Source of the DNA: Glaucostegus cemiculus | Lineage: Eukaryota | Direction: 5' to 3' | Assembly: GCA_976551045.1 (NCBI GenBank) | Contig: CDPCPM010000241.1 | Coordinates: 5,146,001-5,210,000 of the forward strand | DNA: 64,000 bases | Shown here: one piece after another, positions 37,716 through 50,997 of the stretch | Position numbering within the stretch: position 1 is the first letter of the stretch | Layout of the letters: each line of letters begins with the position of its first letter | Made by a program: the position numbers and the translations under genes | The notes under the pieces: model-generated | Told to the model about the DNA's origin: nothing | Database searches by the model: none | Seen by the model: only the letters and a program-made list of their open reading frames with translations

Positions 37716-40700
37716 AACAAGACACATCTAACGTCTGAAACGTTTACTTTCTTCCCTCCCGCCCATCCAAATATTAAGCTACAATTTAATTATGAATATT
37801 TTAATATCGACTTCAAAGTGGTTTTATATTTCAAGATAACTGCTAGACTGCTTATGCGATGAATGGCAGCCTTTTAGCTGTCGCTTTTCCTGTAACTATG
37901 TTTCACGCTAATAATACATGTTAGGTAGAAGCTAACGTTGCCACTGCATTTGTACGAATGTTCCAGGGAATCATTTTTAATCTAATTACGACGTTGTAAT
38001 TTTAACATTCACTAGCTAGAGAGATTGGAGGAAAAAAACATGACCCTTTAAAATATTAAAACTGAAAAGTCGACATGAGCTAAATTCCATTCAAAGTGCA
38101 GATCGTTATTGTAGCCGCAAATGTTTTCATGTAATTGTTTCTATACTCCTTCACAGCAGTGTAACCCACTTAGAATTATATTTAATATTTTGTTTTTAAA
38201 TTGCAAAACAGAAAGAAAGATGCGCTTAATAGTTGCAACTGTGAGTTGGGCATACAGAGTGTTTCTGGGATTTTCACTTTCAGTTTAATTTAGTTTATTG
38301 CAAGCACGCGTTCGCTCCGACTGGTATATGACTGTATTTAGTTTCATTTTTATTCCTCGAAGTGTGAGTAATTAAAGTTACTTTCATAGCCTCTTGCAGC
38401 AACTAAAGTGATATGCATAATCGTATATGCGTGGGGCAAAGCAACATGCCAGATCTAGGATTTCTTATGCTCCAAGTGCTGGAATTATATTGTACTGGTG
38501 AATGCGTGTCGGTGATAAAGAAATGCGTGTTACTGAAGGTAGGCGCTCTGTGCATGGTGCATTTGGAGGCTTCTATTTTACGTTTAAAGTTTTCGAGCCA
38601 GCAATGTTTTCACTGCAGTAAAATCTAGTGGCGAATGAAGCTAATTGTACGTTTATATCTGCACTGGGCAAATAAAGCATAAAGCGAATGTGACTCGAGG
38701 GATAACAAAAACTATAAAAGTTAGCGTAAGTAACAGCAGCCATTTGTTCTCAGGTCCTTACATTGCGTTTATTGAGACTTGGTATCTTTGGGGGTTTCTG
38801 TGTCTGGTCGCAATTATAAATCTTATCGCCCACCAATAGGTGTCCCTCCATCTGTCTCCCTGACTTGGAAAGGCTGTTGTGCTTCTGTGGTGTCTTGGCA
38901 TTCTGTCTTCATAATGTTATAGGTTGATCTTTACTGCTTTTTATAATAAAGCATTAGAAACGTACAATGCTCACTAAGCATCACGGGTGACCGGAATTTT
39001 GTTTACATTTTGCGGTGTATCTTTTCTGATTGTTGTGGAACATTATATTATTTTAGTTTCACGCAGTTACAAGCCGTCATAGGATCATTTCCCAATTGCT
39101 TGTGGGGCGATTTTGTCAATAACTAGATCACTGCAATAAAGCAAGAAAACGTGCTTTTAAAATAAAGTTACGGTGACGTAGTTATAGATAGGAATCGCGG
39201 GTGGATTGGTTACTAGCAGGCTTCAAATAAATATTATAACTTGAATATCGTCTGCACAATAGATCACATAACTGTAACCTAATATACGGGATACGTTTTT
39301 TTTAGAAAAGGGTTACCTTGAAATAGCAGACAAGTGTGATGCCATTTATTGACTAACAGTCGCCGTTCATGGTAGCCTAAAGCCTAATTTGCGTCACTGG
39401 CTCATTCATGCTAGAGGTACTGCTCTTTTTAATGTTTATATACTCTTCAACTGCCGTACACTAAGACTCCCGTCCTGTATTCCAACATGGGCAATGGAGC
39501 AATAAATTCATAAATATACAATGTCCCTGTGGTTAAGTAACCATATTAAATTACCTGATCCTCGAATTCAGCGAAGTTTCCCACTTACAATTCTATTAAA
39601 TTTTATTTCCTTTTACTTTTAAATCTGCATTAGTTGAGTGGAAATGAGCGAAGAGTGGAGGAATTACTGTTTTGCATTTAAGAACGAGTCTTGTTTAATT
39701 GTGCGTGCTCAGTCGGATGTAATTATAGTTGAAGTAGTCGTGAACTCTCGTTCGCCGTCCTCAACAGGCGTTGCGAAGTTTATTAGATCATTTCCTTAAT
39801 TGCTAATGCTTGGCCTAATACGGAATAATACTTACTCTAAAATAATCTTGCTTAATACCACAGGAAACATGGTTTAGTGTACAGAAGAATGAAATGCAGT
39901 TTATTCTATTCCTTTTATATGAGCAATATAGTTATTCTTTATGTGAATGTACAGAAAAGATCAATGAATATTAAATATATCTAATCCCACCAGTCTGATT
40001 ATATTTAAATATCCTTTGATTATGTTGTGGATGGGCAATATATCATGTGAAGTGAACGTAAAGTGCAAATTAATTGAAATTAATTCTAGTTTGAAATTTT
40101 TAAGCAAGACATTTTCATGCGCAAATAATGTATATAAATGTATTTTAAAATCCCCAGCACTTTGACGTGAGTTTCATTTATTTCCTGCTTTGGATTAAAA
40201 TAAACGTAGCACATAGGCCGCCAACCAAATAGTGTTTGTCAATAAATTAGTGTATAAATTAATCTATTTAACGAGATTGTCATACTAGCACGGACATAAA
40301 ACATCTAAGAATATTAATTATGCATCATACGCAATTAAACCATTTAGTTACGTTGATTACACATGAAAAGCAATTTTTCAAATTTGGATTAACAGTAGAC
40401 CAATCTGGAATTTCAATTAGAGTGTTCTTCATACACTAACAAGAAAAATACGTTATTATAAATACTCAGAACCTATCTTTTCATGTTATTTAATAATGTT
40501 TTAGACTGACAATGAAATAGGACAATTCTCACATTTACATCTCAGACCAAATTAGAAAGTTATACGGATTTGAGTATGTAATATTTAATAACGAATTAGC
40601 TTCACTTCTTCTTCCCTTTCTCCTCCCCTTATTGTAGACGAAGAAAGATGTACATGCGTTGTTTACTTGACAACCGCCACGCACAAGTTAAAAGCAACGA

Positions 40701-43129
40701 TGTGTTGTGTATGTGGAGGTCACAGATTTACGCAAGCAGAGTCTGGATTCAACACTACACGAAACATTAACTACTTAAGTGCAAGTGGGGGAGGGGGGGA
40801 GAGCATGATGCAGAAGAGCACAAACTTTGAGGAGAACTGGACCACTAAATGTTACTACGCATTTTCCGTGCAAAAAGAAAGGCCATTTATGTGGAGAAAC
40901 AGAATTCTGTCCAAATGGATATGCCCCACTTTCGAAAACAGCCAGAGCCCCCTGTAGGTCTGCAGTGTTATTAGTTTGCACAAGTATTTGAACAATCTCC
41001 TTTTAGTTCCATTTGTATTCATTTGATTGATTTTATTACTCACCATCGAGTAGCTATCTGCACTACATAATTCAGAGTCGCTTGATTTAAAATGGACTGC
41101 ACTTTGAAAATATGTATAAACTCGACCAGCAAATATGTCTTTAGGCAGAGATGCGCATGTGTCAGGAAAATAGCCCATTGTTTTATGAATCAGAGATAAA
41201 AGAAAATCATTTTGACAAGGTGCATTTGCAAAATTACGTCCCTGCAACAGCTTTGATACAGCTTGTACTTCTTGACAAAAGTGATAGGTTTACAGGTGGG
41301 CCAAAATGCTTTTGATAATTCCCTTGCCTTTACTAAATTGTACCAGGGGATGTCGCTCCTCTTATTCAAATACGCGCAGAGCTGCACAAGTTTCTTTAAA
41401 TGATGCGTTAAATCAGAGAGTTACCGGGTTAACAGTAGAAATACCATTCACAGGTTGTTGAATCTATTGGCGTTCGAATGAATACTGCTCAAATAACAAA
41501 TATAAATATAGGCTCTTCCAAAGCCCGTCATTGTAATCCACTTTAAATTAAAAAATAATGTTTCAAATAACTAGAACATCCCCATAAATAAAGATTAAAA
41601 TATGCAATGCGATTTATGTGATTACTTAAAATGTCGGCGTGAGTTGAGCATGGTTTGGCACTGCGTTTAGAGTCCTACTTGGTTTCTATTTGATTTTGAG
41701 AGAGCACAAAATAAGCTGGTTAGTCATATTAAAGAAATCTTTCAATTTGATGTAATATTTTATATGCTACTTCCGACCAATGTTGCATCCGATACAAAAC
41801 TGTTTATCATAAATATAATTAAATAATATGCTGCCGACAGTACATAATCAAAATTATTTTTTTCTTGCAAAGACGAAGTAACGTCGTTTTGACTTTATTC
41901 GAAATAAATGTTCATTCTTGGGTTTGGAACGAAACTCCATTTTAATAGGAATTAAACTGAATTTTACACGTTAAACTTGGCTTGACTTATCAACAAGAAA
42001 GCGTGATCATATCACAGACACCAGTTAGTTAAAAGTACCTCTGCGCTGTTCCCTCCCTGGTAAATCTCCCAATAAATTCCCGGGACTAAATCAGCACTTG
42101 CAAAGTCTTTCTATAAGGGTAATCTTGTCACGCTATTAAATCTACTCTTTCCCAAACATCTACCCAATAATTATAGCATAAAGTGGAAATGATTGGCCGT
42201 ACAGTTGTGCTACAAAAAAGGACGTGTGTTAGAGAAAACATTCAGCAATGCTTAAAATTATATCCATATTTTCTGTACGGATTCTGATGTAGGTCTCCAT
42301 TCGATGGAACGAGAATTTCCGTGCAATTATGCATAATTAAACCTAGGAAAAACAATGTTGCTTTTAAAGTTGAACTTGATATGCAAAATTGACCTGTGAA
42401 TTGATTCATAGGAAGAGCTGATTCATAGCAATTTCTGCGAAAGGCCGGGTCAAAATTATCTGCGCTTGCTGCACTGGAGTTGACTTTTACCTTTGTGCAA
42501 ACTTACCAGTTTAACTTTTCCAGGATTCGCTAATGCCAGTGCCGCCTAGTTTAAGTCGGAGGAAGGAAAGCAAATGTGGTTATTTGAATCAAATTTAAAG
42601 GTCAGAAATAAAATGAAGAAGCAGTGGCACGCAGCAGATGAAAGGATTTTTTGGAAATCTGGGTGTTACATTAAGCACACGTGTGATTAAATGCGAATGC
42701 TGGAAACTCTCAGAAACACGGATCCGTGTTTCAATGCCTGGACTTTAGCCGGGGATTGAAGCGGATGGACAGAGGACCAAACCTAGGGGTCAGGCAGCAA
42801 GTAACCCATATGACAACTGCTACAATGGGAATTTAAAGTAGCAACTGTTATAATAGCCGCTGGTTTCAATTAGATTAGAGAATATTACGGAAAATTGGTG
42901 AAGCTATAATTAATATTGTAAATAATAATAGGATAGAACAATGGTTTAAAATGTAATGATATAAACGGCACTTAACAAATGGAAAGTTCGCCCCTTGCGT
43001 GGTAGCAGGACTATTGAGGTTTCGGCCATTTCAGCCATCCGTGATATATTACCGAAAACAACTATCATATACTTTACTTTGATGTAGTAAAACATGCAAA
43101 GGCACTTGCAGGAGCGTTGATGAGCAACA

Positions 43130-43950
43130 TTTGACACAGAACCGCAAATAGAGATATTAAAGCAAATAATCTAATGGTTTGTCAGACATAAAGATGTGCA
43201 TATTATTTTAGTTTTTGACCACTTTTGGATGAACAAGTTAACGCTTCGTGTTATATGGAAATGCCCGTTGATGATTATCAAGGAGGGCAGCGTGCTTTCT
43301 TGCACCTCCACTGCTCCTGTAGAGGGATATAAGGCTGGAGGACATTACAGAGGTAGGCAGATAAAGCCACGGAGAAAAGAAAGACGAGCATTTAAAACTT
43401 GAAGTGTTGCTTCGATGAGAACCAGCATAGATCAGCAAACAGAGCGACGATGGTGCAGGTTAGATCAGCATCAGAAATTCAGAGGATGGAAGAAGAGAGT
43501 TTGATCAGCAGTGAATCAGATTAGTAAGACTGGATGTAACACGAGGGTGACTGAGGTTTCAGCCAATCTTACTGATAATACAAATATGTAATTCTAAGCT
43601 TATCCTGGGAGGAAATATAATATTACATTGTGCACAGTCCATCTCTGTTTCAGACAGATAGCAGATGAGGAGATCAGTGTATAACAAGGGAACTGAATTT
43701 GTGGGGGATTGAAAGATAATAATTTTGGCATTTCCATTCTTTACTTGGAGTAAATATTGTGCTGGAGGTTGAACAAGCAACAGGGTAATGTAGAGACAAA
43801 AAGGAAAGGAAAGAGGTGGAGATGTTGTCACCTGTTAACAAAGGTTTGGACACCGACGCTATGTTTTCATATGGGGCACCGCGCAGACCAGAAACAGGAG
43901 AAAGTCAAGGATTGATCTTTTCCATGATTTGTTCACCTATCTGGTAATCT
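43130..43950 (-). mobile_element. Old L2-like LINE remnant
   Basis: Purine-rich + strand with blocks similar to the L2 remnant at 6170-6500; no clean peptide motif. Confidence 0.45.
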
Positions 43951-45079
43951 GTTAATAAATTACAATGCGTTTTTGAGATTTTAAAGTCCAGTTTGAAAAT
44001 AGAAAACATATTATTACAATTAGAGTAGGATCATCACATCTATTGAAATCTGCGAGAAAAATAAATCCTGATCAAATCTGGTAACTATTTATTTTCTATA
44101 CAACTTCTTTTTGTCTAATCGTTGACTGTTCTTAATAATCTCGAGTAAAGACATGATGGCGGGTAAATCAACCACTATAAATGACCCTTAGTGCTGGGAT
44201 TCAGCGTGGTGGTAATTGGCATGTGCAAGAGGATCTGCTGTGGAGGAGGAATGGGATTGGTGGGATTGCTGTGATATCTAGCATTGACGGTGGGTTAGAT
44301 GGCTTCCTTCCATGTCTTAACAAAATATAATGTAATGTTTATGTAATTATGATAATTTAGTGAGGATTAATTAGTTCAATAATTGCAAGATCTTGTTTTA
44401 GGAATAGCTCTGAAATATTATGTGCTACTGGTCAATTTTGACGGAAAACATTGGCGAATTCCACAGTAACTGGTAATTGATAATTGGTTCACTGTTGTCA
44501 GATGCACAGTGAAAAGATTTGTTTTGCATGCCATCCACACAGATCAATACTTAAATGCGTTCGGTGTAAGTAAAGTGAATGTATATTATAAAGTATTCAA
44601 TGCCCCTGCTAAATAATAGTTGAAGTGTAGAAAAGCATGCCTAACAATGGGCAGCGACATTTAGATCTCTGGGGAAAGTACACAGGTGGAAGGTATCTTA
44701 AAAAATATTTAAAGCATTTCAAATAAGAGAAATTGGAGGATGCGTTAACACTACATAATTAATGCGGAAAGAAGTAATTTTCACTCACTTAAGTTTTCAT
44801 CCAAGTTTGCATTTATAGTAGTGATGTTAGGAGTAAAGCAATCAAACATAAGGAATGCAATAACTAATCATGACAAAACTAGACTCTAATAAGAGTGGTG
44901 GATGGAAGTAAATAATTTTATTGGCCTTAGTCTGAAAGGAATACATTGCCAATCTCATGGAGTGCAGACCTTACATATTTGAGAAATAGAGCTTCTATTG
45001 TTCATACTTTTAAAATATTTCTAATTCTGGCCGAAAAGTAGGTAGCTATACATAATTCTCTCTACCTGTAGTTTATTTT

Positions 45080-45295
45080 TCATTATCGGGATCTGGCGAG
45101 CCTTAATTTCTCGCCCCTAATAGCTTCCACCTTGAACCGTTGCAGCACTTCTGTGAATGTACTTCCACTGTGCCGTTGGGTTCCAGGATTTAGACCCAGT
45201 GACGAAGAAGGACTGGCAGTATATTTCCAAGTCAGGGAAGTATGCGACTTGAAGGTGAACCTGCAGGTGGTGGCGTTCCCGTGATGTTACCTGAA
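45080..45295 (-). mobile_element. LINE 3' fragment, same family as 62190-62670
   Basis: Shared ATTTAGACCCAGTGA.GA.GAAG.ACTGGCA.TATATTT.CAAGTCAGG..GAACCTGCAGG. Confidence 0.75.
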
Positions 45296-45334
45296 AAACA
45301 AGCAGCAATGTTAGAAGTACAGAACAGAATCTAA

Positions 45335-45570
45335 AAGCCCTTTGTTACTTCCACCTATCACCTCCCAGCTTCTTACATCATTCCCACTCTCCCTCTCCCC
45401 TGCCTGTCCAACCATCACCCGCCAGCTCTTGCTCCCCCCTCCCCACAACCTTTTCATACTGGCTATCTCCCCTCTTTTTTTTCGAGTCCTAATAACTGTT
45501 CATTTTCCTCCATGGATGCTGTCTGTTCCTCCAGCTCCTTTGTGCTTGGTCCAGTATCTGCAGGCTCTAA
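45335..45570 (+). mobile_element. Penelope-like terminal repeat lacking the hammerhead core
   Basis: C/T-rich leader and GATGCTG..TCCAG tail as at 400-600, but AGTCCTAAT joins directly to AACTGTT at ~45486-45500. Confidence 0.6.
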
Positions 45571-48500
45571 TGTTCTACGAATTACTTGTAGGTTTTCTTC
45601 TCGTCCTCACCGCGCCACCCACAACCCCATGTGCAAACTTCCACCGAGCACTCAACGTACACACAAAAATACAATTATACAACTGGCAAATTCTTGAATT
45701 GTATAACTTTAAAATCTAGGCTTTTCTCTCAGTAAGTCCCACATTTAGAAGAATATAACTAAATATCGTGTTGTATTTATAGCACCAAGATTGCTAAGAT
45801 CAGTTTTAATGCAATCTTATTCTTTTGTTACACATCTATTCGTTTAATATCTGTACAATCTAACAGTTATTGCTCCATAACGGATGTTTGCCGCATTGCA
45901 GATCTATTTGTATGCTTCACAGAGTAAACGAAAACAGAGTGGGGGGTGGGTCTTGTGGGGTACAAACTTCCGGCTAGGTCAGTTGGGCCGAACGACATTT
46001 ATTCTGTCTTGTAAATGACATGTCAGTTTGCAAGTAATGCATCCACTGGAGCACAACACTGAAACCCAACCCAATTATACAACTTCTTTATTATTTTAGT
46101 AATTATACTTCAAATTCATAAGTGTTTATCTGATCATTTCACTTTTCTATCATGTCGTTATTGGTAAGTATCGGAACAGTAGGAACATATTCCATGGCAT
46201 TCGTTGTAAATAATCTATTCTTACTCGATTCCTATTGGTTTCATTCGCCGATTCAACCCCTCATTGACTGCTGAAAGGCTGTTACATGAAATAGAATAAA
46301 AATATTTCAAGTAGCCTGACATGGTTTTGGGTGCACTGCACAGACCTATTCACTAAATGTACCGAATGGATCGGATCAAACGTACTATTGGCTGTTAAAC
46401 ATGGATTTAAGGGTACATTTACACCGTAGCCTGCAAATGAGACTGCTCGCTGCGGTTGAGATTTTAGCCATCTAGAACCCTGTTTACATTCCGTCGATCC
46501 TGCCTGCCTGGAATATTCGCTGTCCCAGTTTGGAAAATGCTGTGGTCCAATATTAACAGAGTGATCAGAGCAGAAGCCCTGCCTCTGAGTCTTTTCGTTA
46601 AGTCCACAGAGTGAAATGTGCCGCAGGGCTAAAACATGTCACGAATACTTCGGAAGTCAGGCTAGATGTTACCCTTGATTAGCACACTAGTCCGGGCCCA
46701 ACCAAAACAACACACTCCATGAGTTCTCACGCCGTTACCCCACGGACTTAGATTGGGACCTGATTCCCAATTTACATCCCATGTTTAGCTTTGAGCAGAA
46801 ATCGATGGGTTGTGCAGTGTAATTGCCCAATCCTGAATCCATAATTTGACCTTCCACTGACCTTCCTTATGTTTGACCAGGGGAGCCTGCTAATACTAAG
46901 AACAGGAAAGTACTCAATTTCCAACAAAGAAATTCTTTGGTAGGCGAATTCACTAAGATCTGCAAACTATAAACTGGTATTTTGGAGCATGTGTTCACTT
47001 ACCTAAATTAAGATGGTATGTTTCATAAAATAGCAGTTGCACAGTCTAAGAGGTGGCCTGGTACATAGGGTCGTGCAGACGTTCTGAAGGAGCCATCCAA
47101 CCTGTCCCATCATCTCGTCCTTTCCTGACCCCACATTTGTCTTCCTTATTGCTTGAAGATGTGTCTGCACTTTAATTAAGTAGACATTATGTGTGAATTC
47201 AGTTTATTTGATGTGCGCACTGCCCACATACGCCGGTATACTATACTGCCCCAGTTGTCCATGCCCATGCCAGTCTCTTCTCACCTTACCGCATCTATGG
47301 CAATCAGTGTGTTAGCCATGTATTAGCCAGATACCCCCAAGTGCATCGATGCTATTTTCCTCAATCCTAGACGTCGTGGCGTGATCCAAACTCTCCTAGC
47401 TTCTGGTTAAATGTGTTTCCCTAAATTCCCTTTCGGAATTATCACTTATATTTTAATTAAAATAATAAAAACCATTTGTTTGGAGGTCTTACGTCATATC
47501 AAAGAGGAGCTTCTTTCACTGCAGTAATTATGAAACATAGTCAGAATTTTTTAATATAAATCAATGGCTGCACTGCGCCGATTGGGTTCGTTTCCCCTGT
47601 GCTGCGAGGTTCGGTTTATTTCTCTTTTAAAAAAAAAGGCCTGTTAACGCGTAAAATAAAATGTTGGTAATACCATATGTTGATCACTCACCTAAGAATT
47701 ATAATGTCCTAAATAATCCCCTGCGCCGTATTTAATCAAAACTGAACTGTTTTCTTAAAACCCATTTGCTGACTTTTCAACATATGCTAAGTAATATGGG
47801 TGAAAAGTGAAAGTAATCAGCATTGTTGATTCTGGATTAAAATCCATTTTATAAAAAAACATAGTTTATATCAACGTTTTTGAGCATTCCGAAACCCAGT
47901 TATTGGAATAATGGCAACAATAACAACATAGTTGAATACATTACAAGAGAACATGCTATGTAAACTTCATTTGCTTGCTGTGTAAGCAGGAATGCATTTT
48001 CAGTCAGAATTGATTTATTCTGAGGTTACTTAATATAGGAAAAGACGATTAGCCATAGTTGCACATCCTTAATTTTGCAACTGATCTAAGAGGCTTAAAT
48101 AATAAATAATTTAGGTAATTTACCTCGCTGAAAATAAATTAATAATTACGATTAACTGCAGATGTAATAACTATATTGTTATAAATCCCTGCAGCTTGTT
48201 GACCCCTTATTAAAACACAAATGGAGAAGCCATGTGAGTTTGACAGTACAATCGAAGTAAAAAAAGATACAAATGGACTGAAGCATGTAACTGGCTAACG
48301 TATTATAGTGTCATTTCAGACGATCCGCGCTTCTGTTGATCAATAAATAACAAAAAGATAAAAATAATTCAAAGCATCAATTTCAAAATTCTATATGAGA
48401 TTGTTAATTTGGGCTCTTACTTCAGTATTGAAATTATTGTTAACCCTAACAATATGGACATCTGAATTCTTCAATGTGGCATTTCCTGGTCCGTCATACT

Positions 48501-49806
48501 ATTTGTAACTGGCTCTTTGAGAAACATAGAGAAAGACACTAGTGCAATTTACACTTCCCATTTATTACATCTGTGCTTTAGAAAAGTTTTACAAAACAAG
48601 GCAATGAGGGATTTTTTAATTCACTGACAATATGTTAAAATATTCTTAAAATATGTTGAGATTCTTAGCGTCCTCAACATATGAGCTGATTGATCGCTGA
48701 GATCAAGGCTTCCCGTATCCAATACAGAGCAACAGAGATAAAATCGAATATTTTAATTTACTTGCTATAGAGACTGAAGATAGGTCCGGGCTGTAGCCGA
48801 TCCCATTCCACTAGTGCCTTACAAGAACCGTGCGCATCCGAGGCGCCGAATATAGCCATTTCCAGACATTGTGATATTTCATATATATATAAAACCTTGA
48901 TCTTCTATAGGTTTAAGTAACTAAAAAAATAGAAATCGATAGAAAGCTGAAAGCATTTTATCTGGAGGTAGTTAGTTTTGTGACTGTTTTTGGTGAAGTT
49001 GTCTTGGTTTAGACAAAGAGAAAAGCAATGGTTCCAGGCACGAGTGGAAAAAATCGGGTCTCCGTGTCCTTTCTTTTTGTAATTTGAATCAGACTCGGAA
49101 CTGGAGATTATTTTCAGGGTCCACGGCAAGAAAGTTGGATTTTCGAATCTCATCTGAGTTGTTCTGCATCGGATACAGGAAGCATTGGTGTATGAGATCA
49201 ATCAGTTCATCTGTCGAGGACGCTGCTCCTGCTGTCAGCAGAGTAGCGCAAAAACCATACCGGTGCTCGGAGGAGTCTCGTTATGAAGTCACAGGCCAAT
49301 TGTTCACTTTCATTTACCGCAGCCTCTTACTCAAGCCAGGAGGGAATGAATTGTCGGTGGTTTAGTTAAATCCAATTAATTTATTAGACACGCCATTTTA
49401 TTAGACTCTTGTGACTTCACAATTTACCATGTCGCACTCATCGATATCCATGGACAGTAAGAGGATGAAAATGAAAGTTGAATGGATTATGTTCTGGGCA
49501 ATACCGTATATATTTTATCTCGCCTTTCTCTCGTTAAGGATCGGGTACGTTTAATTATTTGTGGAGTATGATACTGTGCCCTTTTTATTGTAGTAACAGT
49601 TGTATATATCAAGCGCACGGTCTTTAATCTGCATTTCACTTCTCGTTGTCCTTATCAACCATTTATCTAATTGTCAATTAGATAAACGACGCGGCTCGCT
49701 CTTCAGAGAAAAATATGCAGAGTTTCTCCCTTTTTTCCTGAATAAAGACCGTTTCTTATTGTGTGGACATCATGTAAGATTCCCAAATATTAGTGGAAAT
49801 ACTAGA

Positions 49807-49845
49807 TATTGCCATCTGCTGGCAGTGCGCGAGTATAGCAGGCGG
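49807..49845 (-). promoter_or_regulatory. CTCF binding site (core plus upstream module)
   Basis: Minus strand reads CTGCTATACTCGCGCA-CTGCCAGCAGATGGCAATA; core fits CCASYAGRKGGCR and a TGCtATAC module lies at the spacing expected for the upstream (ZF9-11) motif. Confidence 0.7.
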
Positions 49846-50037
49846 AATGAAGGGAAATTGAATGTTTATGACGTGACATATGGTTCATCACCAACATATT
49901 ACTTGCCATTACAAATGGGATTCTGTATTTTTAAACAAGCGAAAAATATTAATACTAAAGCACTAATTCCTGCATATCAGTGATTTTAAATAAACTGAAC
50001 AGAAGTAATAAAACAGATGCACGGGGTAAAAAGCGCT

Positions 50038-50232
50038 CTGGATGCCGGAAACTCGGAAGTTACAAAAATGCTGGAAATAGCGAGTCGGGCAGCATCCGAA
50101 AAGAGAGAAGGGGGCTGGGGGGTGGGTGGGGGGGGGGGGTTGGGGAGGTTAATGTTTCAGACAAATGACTTTTCCTCACAGCTTATCGGAACCTATGCTG
50201 GCTGACTTAGTGAATGTTTCCAGCAATTTCTT
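50038..50232. repeat. Degenerate inverted Penelope-like terminal repeat pair with G-tract
   Basis: AATGCTGGAAATA..GGCAGCAT vs ATGCTGGCTGAC..TGTTTCCAGCAATT; G-runs 50110-50145. Confidence 0.55.
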
Positions 50233-50952
50233 CTTACACAAAATAAAAACACAGGGAAGGGTTCCCTTCTGGTGCCAGCGAGCATAGCCTCATTTGGTTT
50301 GATACTTGCCAATTTAATGTTAATAAATTCTCGCAGGATCGCACCTGGATCTCGGATAAGCATTCAACTAGAGGATAGGGAGGGCAGTTTTATGTTCCGT
50401 TTGTTTTTTGTTTGCTCCAAAATTTCCTAATTCAGGAATGCTAAGAATATTCAACAGGTAAAGCAATATATCTGTAGTCTTTCAGGTTTTTTTTTAATTC
50501 CAGATTTCCAACAATAATTCGGTCGGTTTACATGCAACGTCCCCTTCCTTGGACCGACGCAATAAAGGAACATTTAAAAACGCAAGCAGTTCTTTCTTAA
50601 TGGTCAATACCTAGACGTTCATTTGTTTGCACAGATCGACCCACATGTAATCCTTTTATGTGCGCAGTTGTTTTAACCCCTATTTACTTGGCGATTGACA
50701 ATATATTTATTAACGGCATAGAGCAACCATTCCAACTGGTTTAAGGTGAGAACCACTACGTACTCCTGTTTCTTTTCATCCTACCAACATATCCCTCCAT
50801 TCCTTCCTCGTGTGTTTGCCCAGCTTTTTCTTGAATGCATCGCTTCCATTCCTCTCAACCCATTCACCTATGTGGTGGGTAAGATCAAGTAAATAGAACG
50901 GGACACCTATCTGCTTATTGTTTTAAGTATCTTGGGCTGTAATGCGTGAAGA

Positions 50953-50997
50953 CGGGTTGTAACTGGCCGGGTTGTAACTGGCCAGTTTGTAACTGGC
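50953..50997 (+). repeat. 15-bp tandem repeat x3
   Basis: CGGGTTGTAACTGGC CGGGTTGTAACTGGC CAGTTTGTAACTGGC. Confidence 0.95.

Noticed and set aside
42277-42322. Hairpin with CTGATG resembling a hammerhead
   Set aside because: Core is CUGAUGU and no GAAA follows the stem.
49441-49461. REST site
   Set aside because: Only the CCATGGACAG half matches.
50953-50997. CRISPR-like array
   Set aside because: No spacers; vertebrate tandem repeat.
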